A stretch of DNA of 64,000 bases from Vicinamibacteria bacterium (lineage in GTDB: Bacteria > Acidobacteriota > Vicinamibacteria > Marinacidobacterales > Marinacidobacteraceae): positions 576,001-640,000 of the forward strand of contig OZ219815.1 in assembly GCA_964291235.2 (NCBI GenBank), written 5' to 3'. The number at the start of each line of letters is the position of its first letter. Position 1 is the stretch's first letter. A program made the translations under genes and the position numbers. Below the pieces are notes generated by a model that was given only the letters and a program-made list of their open reading frames with translations, was not told the DNA's origin and did no database searches. Shown one piece after another: positions 48,808-58,963 of this stretch.

Positions 48808-50367
48808 ATGATGTCCGGATCGAATTTGCGTCGCCCGTCCGCGGCCGGAGCGGTCGCGGCTGCCGGCGGAGCGCTCCTGATCGTCGGTTTCGTCGTCACC
48901 GCGGCCGCCCAGAACAGTCCGCCTTCCAACCCGCTCTCCACTGCCCGCCAACTGGTCGAGGCAGGCCGACTCGAGGAGGCCATCCCCCACCTGGAACGGG
49001 CTCGCAGTGCCGATCCAGCAAATGCACAGGCCCTCTGGATGCTGGCGGTCGCGCGGCTCAGGCTCGGAGCCTTGCCGGAGGCCGCTTCGCTGGCCGAGGA
49101 ATTCGGACGTCTCGTTCCGGACAGCCCCACGGGTCCCCTGCTCGCGGCGAGCGCCCTCACGAGCCTCGGTCGCCTCCCCGAGGCGGCAGCCGCACTTTCC
49201 GAAGCGCTCGAGCGGGATCCGCGGCATCCCGAGGCGCGCCGCGATCTTGCCGTCCTGGTCGGCCGGCAGGGACGGATCGAAGAAGCCGTCGGCCGGTTGG
49301 AAGAACTTCGCGCCGAGTACCCGGGGAGGCCCGAAATCCTGGCTCCGCTGGGAGTGCTCTACGTGCAGCAGGGGCGCGGCGCGGACGGCCTTTCGGCCCT
49401 CACCCGGGCGGCCCAAGTCGATCCGGACTCGTTCGAGGCGCGCCATCACCTGGGAGCGCTCCTCTCGCAGCTCGGGCAGTTCGAGTCCGCGAGTGCTCAG
49501 CTCGACGCGGCTCTGGCCCTGCAACCCCGAAACCCCGGGACCCTGTTCGAGATCTGCCTGTTGCGTTCCCGCGAAGAACGCCTCGAACTGGCGAAAGAAG
49601 CCTGCGCGGAAGCGGCCGCGGCGGCTCCCTTGAATCCCGAGGCGCAATTCGCGAGCGGCGACGTGCTCCACTATCTGCAGGAAGGGGAGACCGCGGAGCG
49701 CGCCTATCGGGAAGCCATCCGGCTGGACCCGGACCACTTCCGTGCCCGTTTCCGTCTGGGGCTCCTGCTCCACGAAACCGGACGAAGCGCCGAAGCGATC
49801 CCGGTGATGACGTCTGCGGTGGACGCCGGCGAATCTCCGTCCACGCCGGAACAACGCGCCGGCGGCCTGACCACGCTGGGCCAGGCTCTCGCCGCCACCT
49901 CGGACACGACCGGCGCCGCCCGTCGGTTGGCAGAGGCCATCGCGGCGGCCCCGACCCTTCCGGAACCCCACCTCCACCTCGGGAACCTGCTCGTGCGCAG
50001 CGGTGATCCCGAGCGGGTCGCCAAAGGACGGGAACACCTGCAGCGGTTCGCCGAACTCAAACGTTTTTCGGATCGGACAAACGAGCTGAAGGCCGGCGTC
50101 AACGCGAACCCCGGGGCTCGCGAACCCAAGATGGCCCTGATCGCCCATCTCATCAGGGGCGGGGACCCGGCCCAGGCGCTTCAGGAATCGGGCCGGCTGC
50201 TCAGCCTCGCTCCCGCGGAGCCGCTCCACCATCTGATCTACGCCGAGTCCCTGGCGGCGCTCGGCCGGCTGGAGGAAGCGCGAGCCACCCTGCAGGCGGC
50301 GCTCTCCGACTGGCCGAAGAACGCTGATCTGCAGGAGGCCGCGACGCGCCTCGGCCGGAACCCGTGA
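48808..50367 (+). CDS. Secreted TPR protein
   Basis: Signal peptide and TPR repeats along the full length. Confidence 0.88.
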   Translation: MMSGSNLRRPSAAGAVAAAGGALLIVGFVVTAAAQNSPPSNPLSTARQLVEAGRLEEAIPHLERARSADPANAQALWMLAVARLRLGALPEAASLAEEFGRLVPDSPTGPLLAASALTSLGRLPEAAAALSEALERDPRHPEARRDLAVLVGRQGRIEEAVGRLEELRAEYPGRPEILAPLGVLYVQQGRGADGLSALTRAAQVDPDSFEARHHLGALLSQLGQFESASAQLDAALALQPRNPGTLFEICLLRSREERLELAKEACAEAAAAAPLNPEAQFASGDVLHYLQEGETAERAYREAIRLDPDHFRARFRLGLLLHETGRSAEAIPVMTSAVDAGESPSTPEQRAGGLTTLGQALAATSDTTGAARRLAEAIAAAPTLPEPHLHLGNLLVRSGDPERVAKGREHLQRFAELKRFSDRTNELKAGVNANPGAREPKMALIAHLIRGGDPAQALQESGRLLSLAPAEPLHHLIYAESLAALGRLEEARATLQAALSDWPKNADLQEAATRLGRNP

Positions 50368-52064
50368 CCCCCAGCCGGCGGCGGGTCGCGGTGGCGATTC
50401 CCGCCGGGCTCGCAGTGCTGGTCTTCCTGGTGGGGCCCGCGGCGTCCGGCGGTCCCGGCCAACAGATCCAACTCGAAGATGTCACCGCGGCGAGCGGAAT
50501 CGACTACCGAAACGTGAGCGGAGAACCCGAGAAACGGTTCATCGTCTCTTCGCTCGGCGCGGGGGTGGGCCTCCTCGACTACGACCAGGACGGCGACCTC
50601 GACATCTACTTCGTCAACGGCGCGCCGCTCGAGGATCGGACGCCCGGTCCGGGGCTGCCGAACCAGCTCTTCCGCAACGAGGGGGATCTCCGCTTCACGG
50701 ATCAGACCGAGGCCGCGGGTGTTGGAGACACTGGTTGGGGCTACGGAGTCGCGGTCGCGGATTTCGACAACGACGGCTTCCCCGACCTCTACGTAACGAA
50801 TCTGGGCGAGAACGTTCTCTTCCGAAACCGGGGGGACGGCTCGTTCGAACGGCTTGCCGCGGCCGGCGGCGCGTCGCATCCCGGCTTCTCCACGTCCGCC
50901 GCCTTCCTGGACGCCGAAGGCGATGGCGACCTCGACCTGGTGGTCCTGGGCTACACCGCGGACTCCATCGACTCGCTCCCGCTGCCGGGCGCCGGGGCAA
51001 GCTGCGTCTGGTTCGGGCTGCCCGTCTTCTGCGGCCCGTCGGGGCTGATCCCCGCCCCGGACGGTTTCTTCCGGAACCGGGGAGACGGAACCTTCGAGGA
51101 CACCACGGAAGCCGCCGGGCTGGCAAGCGTGGATCCGGCATACGGACTGGGGGTGGTGACCGGGGATCTCGACGGCGACGGGGACACCGACTTCTATGTC
51201 GCAAATGACTCCGTTCCGAACCACCTGTTCATCAACGACGGCCAGGGGAGATTCAGCGAACAGGGGCTTCTCGCGGGAACCGCCTACAACGTGGATGGCC
51301 TCGCACAGGCCGGCATGGGAGTGGATGCCGGCGACTTCGACGAGGACGGCCAGCTCGATCTCTTCGTCACGAACTTCTCGCACGACACGAACACCGCCTA
51401 CCGAAACGCGGGAGGCGGCTTCTTCGAGGACAGCACCACCCGGAACGAACTCCGGATGCCGGGCTGGTTCTACCTGGGCTGGGGAACCCGGTTCATCGAT
51501 CTCGACGCCGACGGCTGGCTCGATCTGTTCGTTGCCAACGGACACGTCTATCCGGAGGCGGAGGCCGCGGGCAGCGGAACCCGCTACCCGATGCAGAACC
51601 AGCTCTTCAGGAATGGGGGGAGCGGCGCTTTCGTCGAGGAAGCGTGGGACGGCCCGGAGCGCTCGAGCCGCGGGCTGGCGGTCGGGGATCTGGACGAAGA
51701 CACGCTTCCGGACCTGGTGGTCGTGAACGTGGACGACGAAGCCGCGGTCTTCAAGAACCGGAGTGGCGGACGCGGGATCACTCTGCGACTGGTGGGCGCC
51801 GGAGCCCCCAGGGACGGGAACGGGGCGAGGGTTTCGTTCTCAACCGCGGACGGGGTACGAAGAGCCAGGGAAGTGCATCGGAGCGGGAGTTTCCTGTCGT
51901 CGAACGACCCACGGGTGCACTTGGGCGCCGGAAACGGAGAGGAGGTCTTCGACGTGGTGGTTCGCTGGCCGGGCGGCGAGGCGGAACGCCTCCGCGACCT
52001 CCCCGCGGCGGGTCGGTTGATCGTCGTCCGCGAAGGCGCCGGAGTGGTCGAAGGCAGCCGTTAA
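50364..52064 (+). CDS. CRTAC1-family FG-GAP / ASPIC-UnbV protein
   Basis: DYDQDGDLD-type repeats; AGMGVDAGD; SRGLAVGD; GSFLSSND.R.H.G...VRWPGG. Confidence 0.9.
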   Translation: MTPSRRRVAVAIPAGLAVLVFLVGPAASGGPGQQIQLEDVTAASGIDYRNVSGEPEKRFIVSSLGAGVGLLDYDQDGDLDIYFVNGAPLEDRTPGPGLPNQLFRNEGDLRFTDQTEAAGVGDTGWGYGVAVADFDNDGFPDLYVTNLGENVLFRNRGDGSFERLAAAGGASHPGFSTSAAFLDAEGDGDLDLVVLGYTADSIDSLPLPGAGASCVWFGLPVFCGPSGLIPAPDGFFRNRGDGTFEDTTEAAGLASVDPAYGLGVVTGDLDGDGDTDFYVANDSVPNHLFINDGQGRFSEQGLLAGTAYNVDGLAQAGMGVDAGDFDEDGQLDLFVTNFSHDTNTAYRNAGGGFFEDSTTRNELRMPGWFYLGWGTRFIDLDADGWLDLFVANGHVYPEAEAAGSGTRYPMQNQLFRNGGSGAFVEEAWDGPERSSRGLAVGDLDEDTLPDLVVVNVDDEAAVFKNRSGGRGITLRLVGAGAPRDGNGARVSFSTADGVRRAREVHRSGSFLSSNDPRVHLGAGNGEEVFDVVVRWPGGEAERLRDLPAAGRLIVVREGAGVVEGSR

Positions 52065-52837
52065 CCGGACTCCGGAGGGTTCCACCACTCCCGCCAGCGG
52101 ACGGGCGGACGGCCGCGCCGCCGCCACAAACGGATCAGGTTGCGATGGCCGGCGATGACCGAGCGGGGACGGAAGTACTGGCTCTCCCCTGCCCGGCGCT
52201 CGTGATGGCTCACCTCGACCTCCGCGAACCGGACACCGCGGTCGCCAAGGGCCGCAAGAAACTCCACGACCGCGGTTCCGTCGTCGAAGCTCATCAGCCG
52301 ATCGGGACCGAGGTCCCGCCGGAAGAGTCGAAAATCGCAGTCCCAGTCCTTGAGATCGGGAAGTCCGAACGTCCTCGCGATCACCTGGTGGAAGCGCGGG
52401 CCCAGAAGTCGCCGCAGCGGTCCGTCGGCGCGGCTTCGGCGGAAGCCGTTCACGAACTGGACGTCCGCGGTTGCGGCATCGAGCAGTTCGGTGAGTTCGA
52501 AGGGATCGAACTGCCCGTCGCCGTCGGTATAGACGACGAGGGGAAACCGGGCGGCGGCGAAGAGGTCCCGCAGCGTGGCGCCGTAACCCTGGTTCTCCTC
52601 GTGGGCGAGCGTTCTGACCTGGGGGATTTCGCGGGCCAGGCGTGCGAGGACCGCGGCGGTCTGGTCGGTGCTTCCGTCGTTCAGGATGAGGATCTCGAAC
52701 TCCCGGCCAGTCGAGCGAAGCGCCGCTTCGGCGCGCCGGGCCACCCACGCGATGGCGCCCTCGTCGTTGAAGGCAGGAAAGCAGGCGCTGACCCCTGCTC
52801 CCCGGTTCTTCTCGTCCACGGGCTGCTCTTTTTTCAC
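52061..52837 (-). CDS. Glycosyltransferase family 2 (DPM/ArnC-like; start uncertain)
   Basis: PAFNDE, NDGSTD.T, NQGYG, DGDGQFDP, RRAGES. Confidence 0.9.
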   Translation of the reverse strand: MKKEQPVDEKNRGAGVSACFPAFNDEGAIAWVARRAEAALRSTGREFEILILNDGSTDQTAAVLARLAREIPQVRTLAHEENQGYGATLRDLFAAARFPLVVYTDGDGQFDPFELTELLDAATADVQFVNGFRRSRADGPLRRLLGPRFHQVIARTFGLPDLKDWDCDFRLFRRDLGPDRLMSFDDGTAVVEFLAALGDRGVRFAEVEVSHHERRAGESQYFRPRSVIAGHRNLIRLWRRRGRPPVRWREWWNPPESG

Positions 52838-52881
52838 CGGCTGCTTTCTCACCGAGTCGGCGAAGATAGACCACGAATCCC

Positions 52882-53610
52882 GTGGAACGACTCGCACTGC
52901 ACCGGTTTGCCTCGCCCTGGCTGCGGCACCAGCACGTGGCCCGCTACCGCTGGGCCGCGAACCTGGCGGCGGGGAGACGGATCCTGGACCTGGCGTCGGG
53001 GGCGGGATACGGGTCCGCGCTGCTCGGGGAAGGAGGGGCCCGGTCCGTGGTGTCCGCCGATCGCGCCGGGGAGGCGTTCGCGGAGGCGGCGCTGCCCGGT
53101 TCCGGGGCGGGGAACCTCCGCGGAGTCATTACCGACGCCTCGCGGCTTCCTTTCGCGGACGGCAGCTTCGATCTCTACGTTTCTTTCGAAACCATCGAGC
53201 ACGTCGAAGACGACAAGGCGGTCGTCGCGGAGGCGCGGCGGGTGCTCGCTCCGGGAGGAGTCTTCCTCTGCTCGACCCCGGAGCGGGAGGTCATCAGCCC
53301 GGGGCGAACGCTCGCCGACCGTCCCGACAATCCGTACCACGTCCGGGAATACGCGCGGAGTGAGTTCGCGGCGCTGCTCGGGACCGGCTTCGATCGCGTG
53401 GAGTGGTACGGCCAGACGCCCGCCAGCCAGGGACACAAACGGCGGCTCACGCAGTTCGCCGCGCTCTCGCCGCTCCTCGCGCGCCGACTCCATCAGGTCC
53501 GCAACATCGTCCGCCTGCCCGCCGAGGGCGAAGCGCGCCACGCCCCCTACCCGCTCGCGGGCGCCCGCGGCTGGCCGGAAGTGCTGATCGCCGTCTGCGG
53601 GCCGGTCTGA
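52882..53610 (+). CDS. Class I SAM-dependent methyltransferase
   Basis: HVARY, LDLASGAGYG, LPFADGSFD, FETIEH, STP, NPYHVREY. Confidence 0.9.
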   Translation: MERLALHRFASPWLRHQHVARYRWAANLAAGRRILDLASGAGYGSALLGEGGARSVVSADRAGEAFAEAALPGSGAGNLRGVITDASRLPFADGSFDLYVSFETIEHVEDDKAVVAEARRVLAPGGVFLCSTPEREVISPGRTLADRPDNPYHVREYARSEFAALLGTGFDRVEWYGQTPASQGHKRRLTQFAALSPLLARRLHQVRNIVRLPAEGEARHAPYPLAGARGWPEVLIAVCGPV

Positions 53611-53618
53611 CGAAACGG

Positions 53619-54308
53619 CTAACGGGAAACGACCGTCGCCGACTCGACGACGATGGGCGTCTCGGGTACGTCGTTGGCCCCGGCGCGGCTCACCACCCGG
53701 GCAGCCTCGATCTGATCCACGGCGTCCATCCCCGAAATCACCTTGCCGAACACCGCGTAGCCCCATCCCCGCGGGTCGGGCGACGTGTGATCGAGCATCG
53801 CGTTGTCCTTGGTGTTGATGAAGAACTGCGAGGTCGCGCTGTGCGGATCCATGGTTCGCGCCATCGAGAGCGTTCCCCTCAGGTTCAGGAGACCGTTTCG
53901 GGCCTCGTTCTCGATGGGGGCGCGGGTCTCTTTCTCTTGCATGTCGGCGGTGAAGCCGCCGCCCTGAATCACGAAACCGCGCACCACCCGATGGAAAATG
54001 GTGCCGTCGTAGAAGCCATCCTCCACGTACTGGAGGAAGTTCTGGACGGTTAGCGGCGCTTCGTCGGGGTACAGCTCGATGGTCAAGTCGCCGGCGGTCG
54101 TGCGCATCAGCACCGCCGACGGGCCGGGCGTGGGCAGATCGGCTGCGGTTTCGGTTGAAGGTGTGGTGGGTTCCATAGGGGTCGTTTCGGCGGTGGATTC
54201 GGATGCGGGCGAAACCGCCTCGCCGCCGCCTCCGCAGGCGGGGAGCCAGAGGGCGAGCAGTAGTACCGCCCCGTGATTCGGGACGCGGGAGATTCCAGGG
54301 AGTGTCAT
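53619..54308 (-). CDS. Cyclophilin-type peptidyl-prolyl isomerase (probable lipoprotein)
   Basis: FYDGTIFHRVVRGFVIQGGG, MART.DPHSATSQFFIN; LPAC lipobox-like site. Confidence 0.95.
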   Translation of the reverse strand: MTLPGISRVPNHGAVLLLALWLPACGGGGEAVSPASESTAETTPMEPTTPSTETAADLPTPGPSAVLMRTTAGDLTIELYPDEAPLTVQNFLQYVEDGFYDGTIFHRVVRGFVIQGGGFTADMQEKETRAPIENEARNGLLNLRGTLSMARTMDPHSATSQFFINTKDNAMLDHTSPDPRGWGYAVFGKVISGMDAVDQIEAARVVSRAGANDVPETPIVVESATVVSR

Positions 54309-54342
54309 GTCGGTTTGCCTGCGGAAAAAGGGAGCCGCTCGC

Positions 54343-54873
54343 TCAGGACGCCATCGCGAGCCGGGCCGGGCATTCAAGGGAGAGCAGCCAGCGTTTGGCG
54401 TCGAGCCCGCCGCCGTATCCGGTGAGTTTCTTCGAGGCGCCCACGATCCGGTGACAGGGGATGACCAGCGGCAGGGGATTCCCGCCGTTCGCGGCGCCGA
54501 CCGCCCGGCAGGCCGCCGGGTTGCCGACCGCGCGGGCGATGTTCTGGTAGCTGGCGCGGGCGCCGTACGGCACGCTCGCCACCGCATCCAGAACGGCGCG
54601 CTGGAAGGGCGTGCCGGTCCGGTGGAGCGGGAACGTGAACTCACGGCGCTCCCCCGCCAGGTAATCCCGAATCTGGCGCGCATAGTCATCGTGCTCCCCG
54701 GGCGAGGCCGGAATCGCCGATCGGACGTTCCTCGTGCGCCAGGCGGCGGAAGCTCGGGAACGGCGCTCATCGCAGAACAGGATGCCGGCAAGACCCTGAT
54801 CCGTCGCGAGCAGCTCCAGCCTTCCGATCTCGGGGATTCCGGTCTCCATGAAGGAGGAGCGGCAGGTCAGCAT
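54343..54873 (-). CDS. ogt: Methylated-DNA-protein-cysteine methyltransferase
   Basis: GTPFQ, RAVGAANG.NP, IPCHR active site. Confidence 0.93.
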   Translation of the reverse strand: MLTCRSSFMETGIPEIGRLELLATDQGLAGILFCDERRSRASAAWRTRNVRSAIPASPGEHDDYARQIRDYLAGERREFTFPLHRTGTPFQRAVLDAVASVPYGARASYQNIARAVGNPAACRAVGAANGGNPLPLVIPCHRIVGASKKLTGYGGGLDAKRWLLSLECPARLAMAS

Positions 54874-54950
54874 CGGCGCGGATTCTACCCGTCGGGAAGG
54901 CACGCGGAGCGGCTTCCGCGTGGGGTAGGCTCGCCCCGCTCCCGCGTCTC

Positions 54951-55607
54951 ATGCCCGCCGTCTCCGCTGTGCTCTTCGACTGGGATGGCACCTTGGCGGA
55001 CAGTTTCGCCACCACCCGCTATGCGTCGCTCTCGGTTTTCGGGCACTTTGGGATCCCGATGGACGAAGCGCGGTACCAGGCCACCTACCGGCCCGACTGG
55101 CACGAGACGTACCGACAGCTCGGAATTCCCGAGGCCCGCTGGGACGAGGCGGGAACCATCTGGCGGGAGAAGTACATCGAGCGGAGCCACGCGGTGAGCC
55201 TGTTCCCGGATGTCCTCGGCACGCTCAACGCGCTCGCCGACCGGAACCTGCGGCTTGGGGTGGTTACGAGCGCCGATCGGCGGCGATTTCTGGAGGACCT
55301 CGACCGGCTTGCACTGGCGGATCGCTTCGAGGCTCTTGTGGCCTTCGAGGACACCCGGAACAAGAAACCCCATCCCGAAGCGCTGCTGCTCGCCCTTTCC
55401 CGCCTTGGGGTTCGGTCGCGAGACGCGCTCTACGTGGGGGACCGGCCGGAAGACATCGCCATGGGGAAGCGGGCCGGCGCCCTCACTGCCGCCGTCGTGA
55501 GCAGTTTCAGCAATGAGGAAATGCTCCGGTCGGCAGCGCCCGACATCCTGCTGCCGGCGATCGGAGACCTTCCCGGCGCGCTCCCGCGAACGGCTCCGCG
55601 ACCATGA
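54951..55607 (+). CDS. HAD-superfamily hydrolase
   Basis: FDWDGTLADS, VVTS, KPHPE, YVGD...D. Confidence 0.93.
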   Translation: MPAVSAVLFDWDGTLADSFATTRYASLSVFGHFGIPMDEARYQATYRPDWHETYRQLGIPEARWDEAGTIWREKYIERSHAVSLFPDVLGTLNALADRNLRLGVVTSADRRRFLEDLDRLALADRFEALVAFEDTRNKKPHPEALLLALSRLGVRSRDALYVGDRPEDIAMGKRAGALTAAVVSSFSNEEMLRSAAPDILLPAIGDLPGALPRTAPRP

Positions 55608-56932
55608 TCCGGTCCGCCGAGCGGCCGACCCGGCTACCCAGGTACCCGGCGAGCGCCGTCTTCTACCGGGATCTTGAGCGCACCTACCGGATCGCCGCGC
55701 GCGCCGAGGGCGCCTGGATCGAGGCGGAAGACGGCGCCCGCTGGCTGGATGCCTGCGGCGGGGCGCTCACGATCAGCATCGGGCACGGCCGGAGCGACGT
55801 CGTCCGCGCCGCGACCCGCCAACTCGAATCGGCCGCGTACGTGCACGGAGCGCAGTTCACCACGGAAGCCATGGAGGAGGCGGCAGCCGCGCTGGTGGCG
55901 GCCCTGCCCCCGGCCTATCGCGACGCCAAGGTGTACCTGACCCCGGGCGGGGCCGAGGCGGTCGAGACGGCCCTGAAGCTGGCCCGCGCTCACGCGATCG
56001 CGGCCGGCCATCCGGAACGGAGCCGCATCGTCTCCCAGCGACCCGGCTATCACGGCAACACGCTCGGAGCGCTCGCGGTCTCGGGGAGGGATGCCCTGCG
56101 GGCCCCCTACCTTCCGCTCCTCGCCGAAATGCCGCTGGTATCCGCGCCCTGGTGCCCGCGCTGCCCCCTGAAACTCCGCTATCCCGAGTGCGGGGTCGCC
56201 TGCGCCGGGGAAATAGACCAGGCACTTGCGAGAGAGGACCCGAGCGTTGCGGCCGTCCTCGTGGAGCCGGTGCTCGGCGCGTCCGCGGGCGGGTTCGCGC
56301 CGCCCGAGGACTACCTGCGGTCGGTCCGCCGCACCACCACCGAACGGGGCGTTCTCCTCATCGCGGACGAGGTGCTCACCGGCTGCGGCCGAACGGGGCG
56401 CTTCCTCGCTTCGGAGCACGCCGGCGTGGACGCGGACATCCTGGTGCTCGGCAAGGGGTTGACATCGGGCTACCTCCCCGGAGGAGCGGTGGTTGCGAAA
56501 AGAGAAGTCGTCGAGGCGGTCGCGCCCGATTTCCGGCATGGGTTCACCTTCTCGCACCATCCCGTGGTGGCCGCCGTCGTTCGCGAAGTGCTCCGGGTGA
56601 TCCGCGACGAAGGTCTGGTCGCGCGTGCGGCCGCGCTGGAATCGGATGTCCGGGCGGCACTCCAACCCCTCACCGGAGCACCGGCGGTGGAGGGCTGGTG
56701 GGTCCGCGGGCTGCTCGCCGGAATCGCGCTCCAGCCGGCACGCGCCGGAGGGGTCTCGGCCCGGCAGTTCGCGGCAGCCGCGTGGGAGCGTGGCTTGCTC
56801 GTGTACCCGGTCGGCGGACCGGAGGGACAGGGGGACCTGGTCGTGCTCGCTCCTCCACTCACGGTCAGCAGTGAGGAAATCAGTGAGATCGGAAGCCGCC
56901 TCCGTTCAGCGTTCAACGAGTTTTCCGCGTGA
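55604..56932 (+). CDS. Class III PLP-dependent aminotransferase
   Basis: GGAEAVETALK, YHGNT, IADEVLTGCGRTG, GKGLTSGY. Confidence 0.93.
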   Translation: MIRSAERPTRLPRYPASAVFYRDLERTYRIAARAEGAWIEAEDGARWLDACGGALTISIGHGRSDVVRAATRQLESAAYVHGAQFTTEAMEEAAAALVAALPPAYRDAKVYLTPGGAEAVETALKLARAHAIAAGHPERSRIVSQRPGYHGNTLGALAVSGRDALRAPYLPLLAEMPLVSAPWCPRCPLKLRYPECGVACAGEIDQALAREDPSVAAVLVEPVLGASAGGFAPPEDYLRSVRRTTTERGVLLIADEVLTGCGRTGRFLASEHAGVDADILVLGKGLTSGYLPGGAVVAKREVVEAVAPDFRHGFTFSHHPVVAAVVREVLRVIRDEGLVARAAALESDVRAALQPLTGAPAVEGWWVRGLLAGIALQPARAGGVSARQFAAAAWERGLLVYPVGGPEGQGDLVVLAPPLTVSSEEISEIGSRLRSAFNEFSA

Positions 56933-57936
56933 CCGACAGACCCCTTCGCGACCGGGTGGCCGTGGTGGCTGGCGCCACCCGCGGCGCCGGACGGGGGATC
57001 GCAAGGATGCTCGGCGCCGCGGGCGCCACCGTCTATTGCACCGGTCGCAGCGTGCGCGGCAATCCAGCCACCGCCGGACGGTCGGAGACGATCGAGGAGA
57101 CCGCGGAGCTGGTCACCGCCGAGGGCGGGCGCGGGATCGCAGCCCAGACGGATCACACCGTGGAGCCGGAGGTTGAGGCGCTCTTCGCGCGTGTCCGTTC
57201 GGACCACGGCCGGCTCGACGTGCTGGTGAACGACATCTGGGGCGGTGACGCGCTCACCGAGTGGGGGAAACCCTTTTGGGAACTCTCGACCGCGCAGGGC
57301 CAGGCGCTGCTCGAGCGGGCCGTTCAGACCCACCTCATCACCAGCCGGCACGGGGCGCCGCTCATGGTCGAGCGCGACGCCGGCCTCATCGTCGAGGTGA
57401 CCGACGGCGACACCATGGGGTATCGCGGCAATCTCTTCTATGACCTGGCCAAGAACGCGGTCATCCGGCTCGCCCTCGGCATGGCCGCCGATCTGCACGC
57501 CCATCGGATCACGGCGCTCGCGATCACTCCCGGGTTTCTGCGCTCGGAAGCCGTCCTCGACCACTTCGGGGTGACGGAGGCGAACTGGCGGGACGCGATC
57601 GACAAGGATCTCTATTTCGTCGAATCCGAGACTCCGTGTTTCGTGGGCCGCGCGATCGCGGCGCTCGCCGCCGATCCGAGGGTCCGGGAGAAGAACGGTG
57701 GTCTGTTCTCGAGCTGGGGGCTGGCGCGGGAGTACGGGTTCACGGACGTTGACGGCCGTCAGCCTCACTGGGGGGAGTTCTTCCTCGGGCAGGTGCGCCG
57801 CATCGTCGAACAGGAAACCCCGCCGGACGAGATGGACCGCTTCGTGGTGCAGACCCGGCTGTGGCAAACGGAACGCGACCCGGCAACAGCCTCGGAGGCG
57901 GAGCGGTTGCGCGCGTGGCTCCGGCTGTACGGATAG
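56929..57936 (+). CDS. Short-chain dehydrogenase/reductase
   Basis: AGATRGAGRG, LDVLVND, YDLAK. Confidence 0.92.
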   Translation: MTDRPLRDRVAVVAGATRGAGRGIARMLGAAGATVYCTGRSVRGNPATAGRSETIEETAELVTAEGGRGIAAQTDHTVEPEVEALFARVRSDHGRLDVLVNDIWGGDALTEWGKPFWELSTAQGQALLERAVQTHLITSRHGAPLMVERDAGLIVEVTDGDTMGYRGNLFYDLAKNAVIRLALGMAADLHAHRITALAITPGFLRSEAVLDHFGVTEANWRDAIDKDLYFVESETPCFVGRAIAALAADPRVREKNGGLFSSWGLAREYGFTDVDGRQPHWGEFFLGQVRRIVEQETPPDEMDRFVVQTRLWQTERDPATASEAERLRAWLRLYG

Positions 57937-57955
57937 CGGCGGACGGCGCCCCGCC

Positions 57956-58963
57956 ATGCCGCCTCACGGTAGAGACCGCCTCAGCGACCCGCGGGAAACA
58001 ACGAAGACCTGGACTGATAATCCCTCCCAGAGACGTCCCGATCTGTCCGAGTCCAAAGTCCTCACCATGCGCGAAGCGGTGGCCCGCTTCGTCCGCGACG
58101 GGGACACCGTCGTCATGGAGGGGTTCACGCACCTGATCCCGTTTGCGGCGGGACACGAGCTCATCCGCCAGCAGCGCCGGGATCTCACTCTCGTCCGGCT
58201 CACGCCGGACCTCCTAATGGACCAGATGGTTGCCGCGGGAACGGCCCGCAAGCTGGTCTTCGGCTGGCTCGGAAACCCCGGCGTCGGCTCGCTCCACGCG
58301 ATCCGGCGGGCAGTCGAGCGCGGCTACCCGGCACCGCTGGCAATCGAGGAGTACTCCCACTTCGGGCTGCTCTGCCGGTACAAGGCCGCGGCCTCCGGAC
58401 TTCCCTTCTTGCCGCTCCGCGGCTACCGGGGTACCGACCTGCCGTCAGCCAATCCGAACCTCAAGCAGGTCACCTGCCCGTTCACGGGCGAAACCCTCGA
58501 CGCCGTCTCCGCGCTGCACCCCGACGTCGCCATCCTGAACGCACAGCGCGCCGATGCCGAGGGCAATACCCAGATCTGGGGCCTGGTCGGCGCGCAGCGC
58601 GAAGCTGCCTTCGCCTCCCGGCGCGTGATCGTGGTGGTGGAGGAGGTCGTCCCGGAAGAGGTGGTCCGCGCCGATCCGAACCGGACGCAGATTCCCTCGG
58701 TTGTGGTGGACGCCGTCGTGGAGGAGCCGTGGAGCGCCCATCCGAGTTTCGCCCAGGGCTACTACGACCGCGACAACGCCGCCTACGTTGCGTGGGACCG
58801 GGTCACCCGCGACCCGGCGGAGCTCGATCGGTATCTGGGCGAATGGGTTCACGGCCTGCCGGATCGCGGCGCGTATCTCGAGCGGCTGGGTGAGGCAACC
58901 ATGGGCCGCCTGCGGCCGGGCTCCCGGCTCGCCGGCCCGGTGGACTACGGGGACTACCGGTGA
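57956..58963 (+). CDS. Family I CoA-transferase alpha subunit (GctA/CatI-like; start may be near 58040-58067)
   Basis: EGFTHLIPFAAGHE, GNPGVGSL, AQRAD..GN, QGYYDRD. Confidence 0.9.
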   Translation: MPPHGRDRLSDPRETTKTWTDNPSQRRPDLSESKVLTMREAVARFVRDGDTVVMEGFTHLIPFAAGHELIRQQRRDLTLVRLTPDLLMDQMVAAGTARKLVFGWLGNPGVGSLHAIRRAVERGYPAPLAIEEYSHFGLLCRYKAAASGLPFLPLRGYRGTDLPSANPNLKQVTCPFTGETLDAVSALHPDVAILNAQRADAEGNTQIWGLVGAQREAAFASRRVIVVVEEVVPEEVVRADPNRTQIPSVVVDAVVEEPWSAHPSFAQGYYDRDNAAYVAWDRVTRDPAELDRYLGEWVHGLPDRGAYLERLGEATMGRLRPGSRLAGPVDYGDYR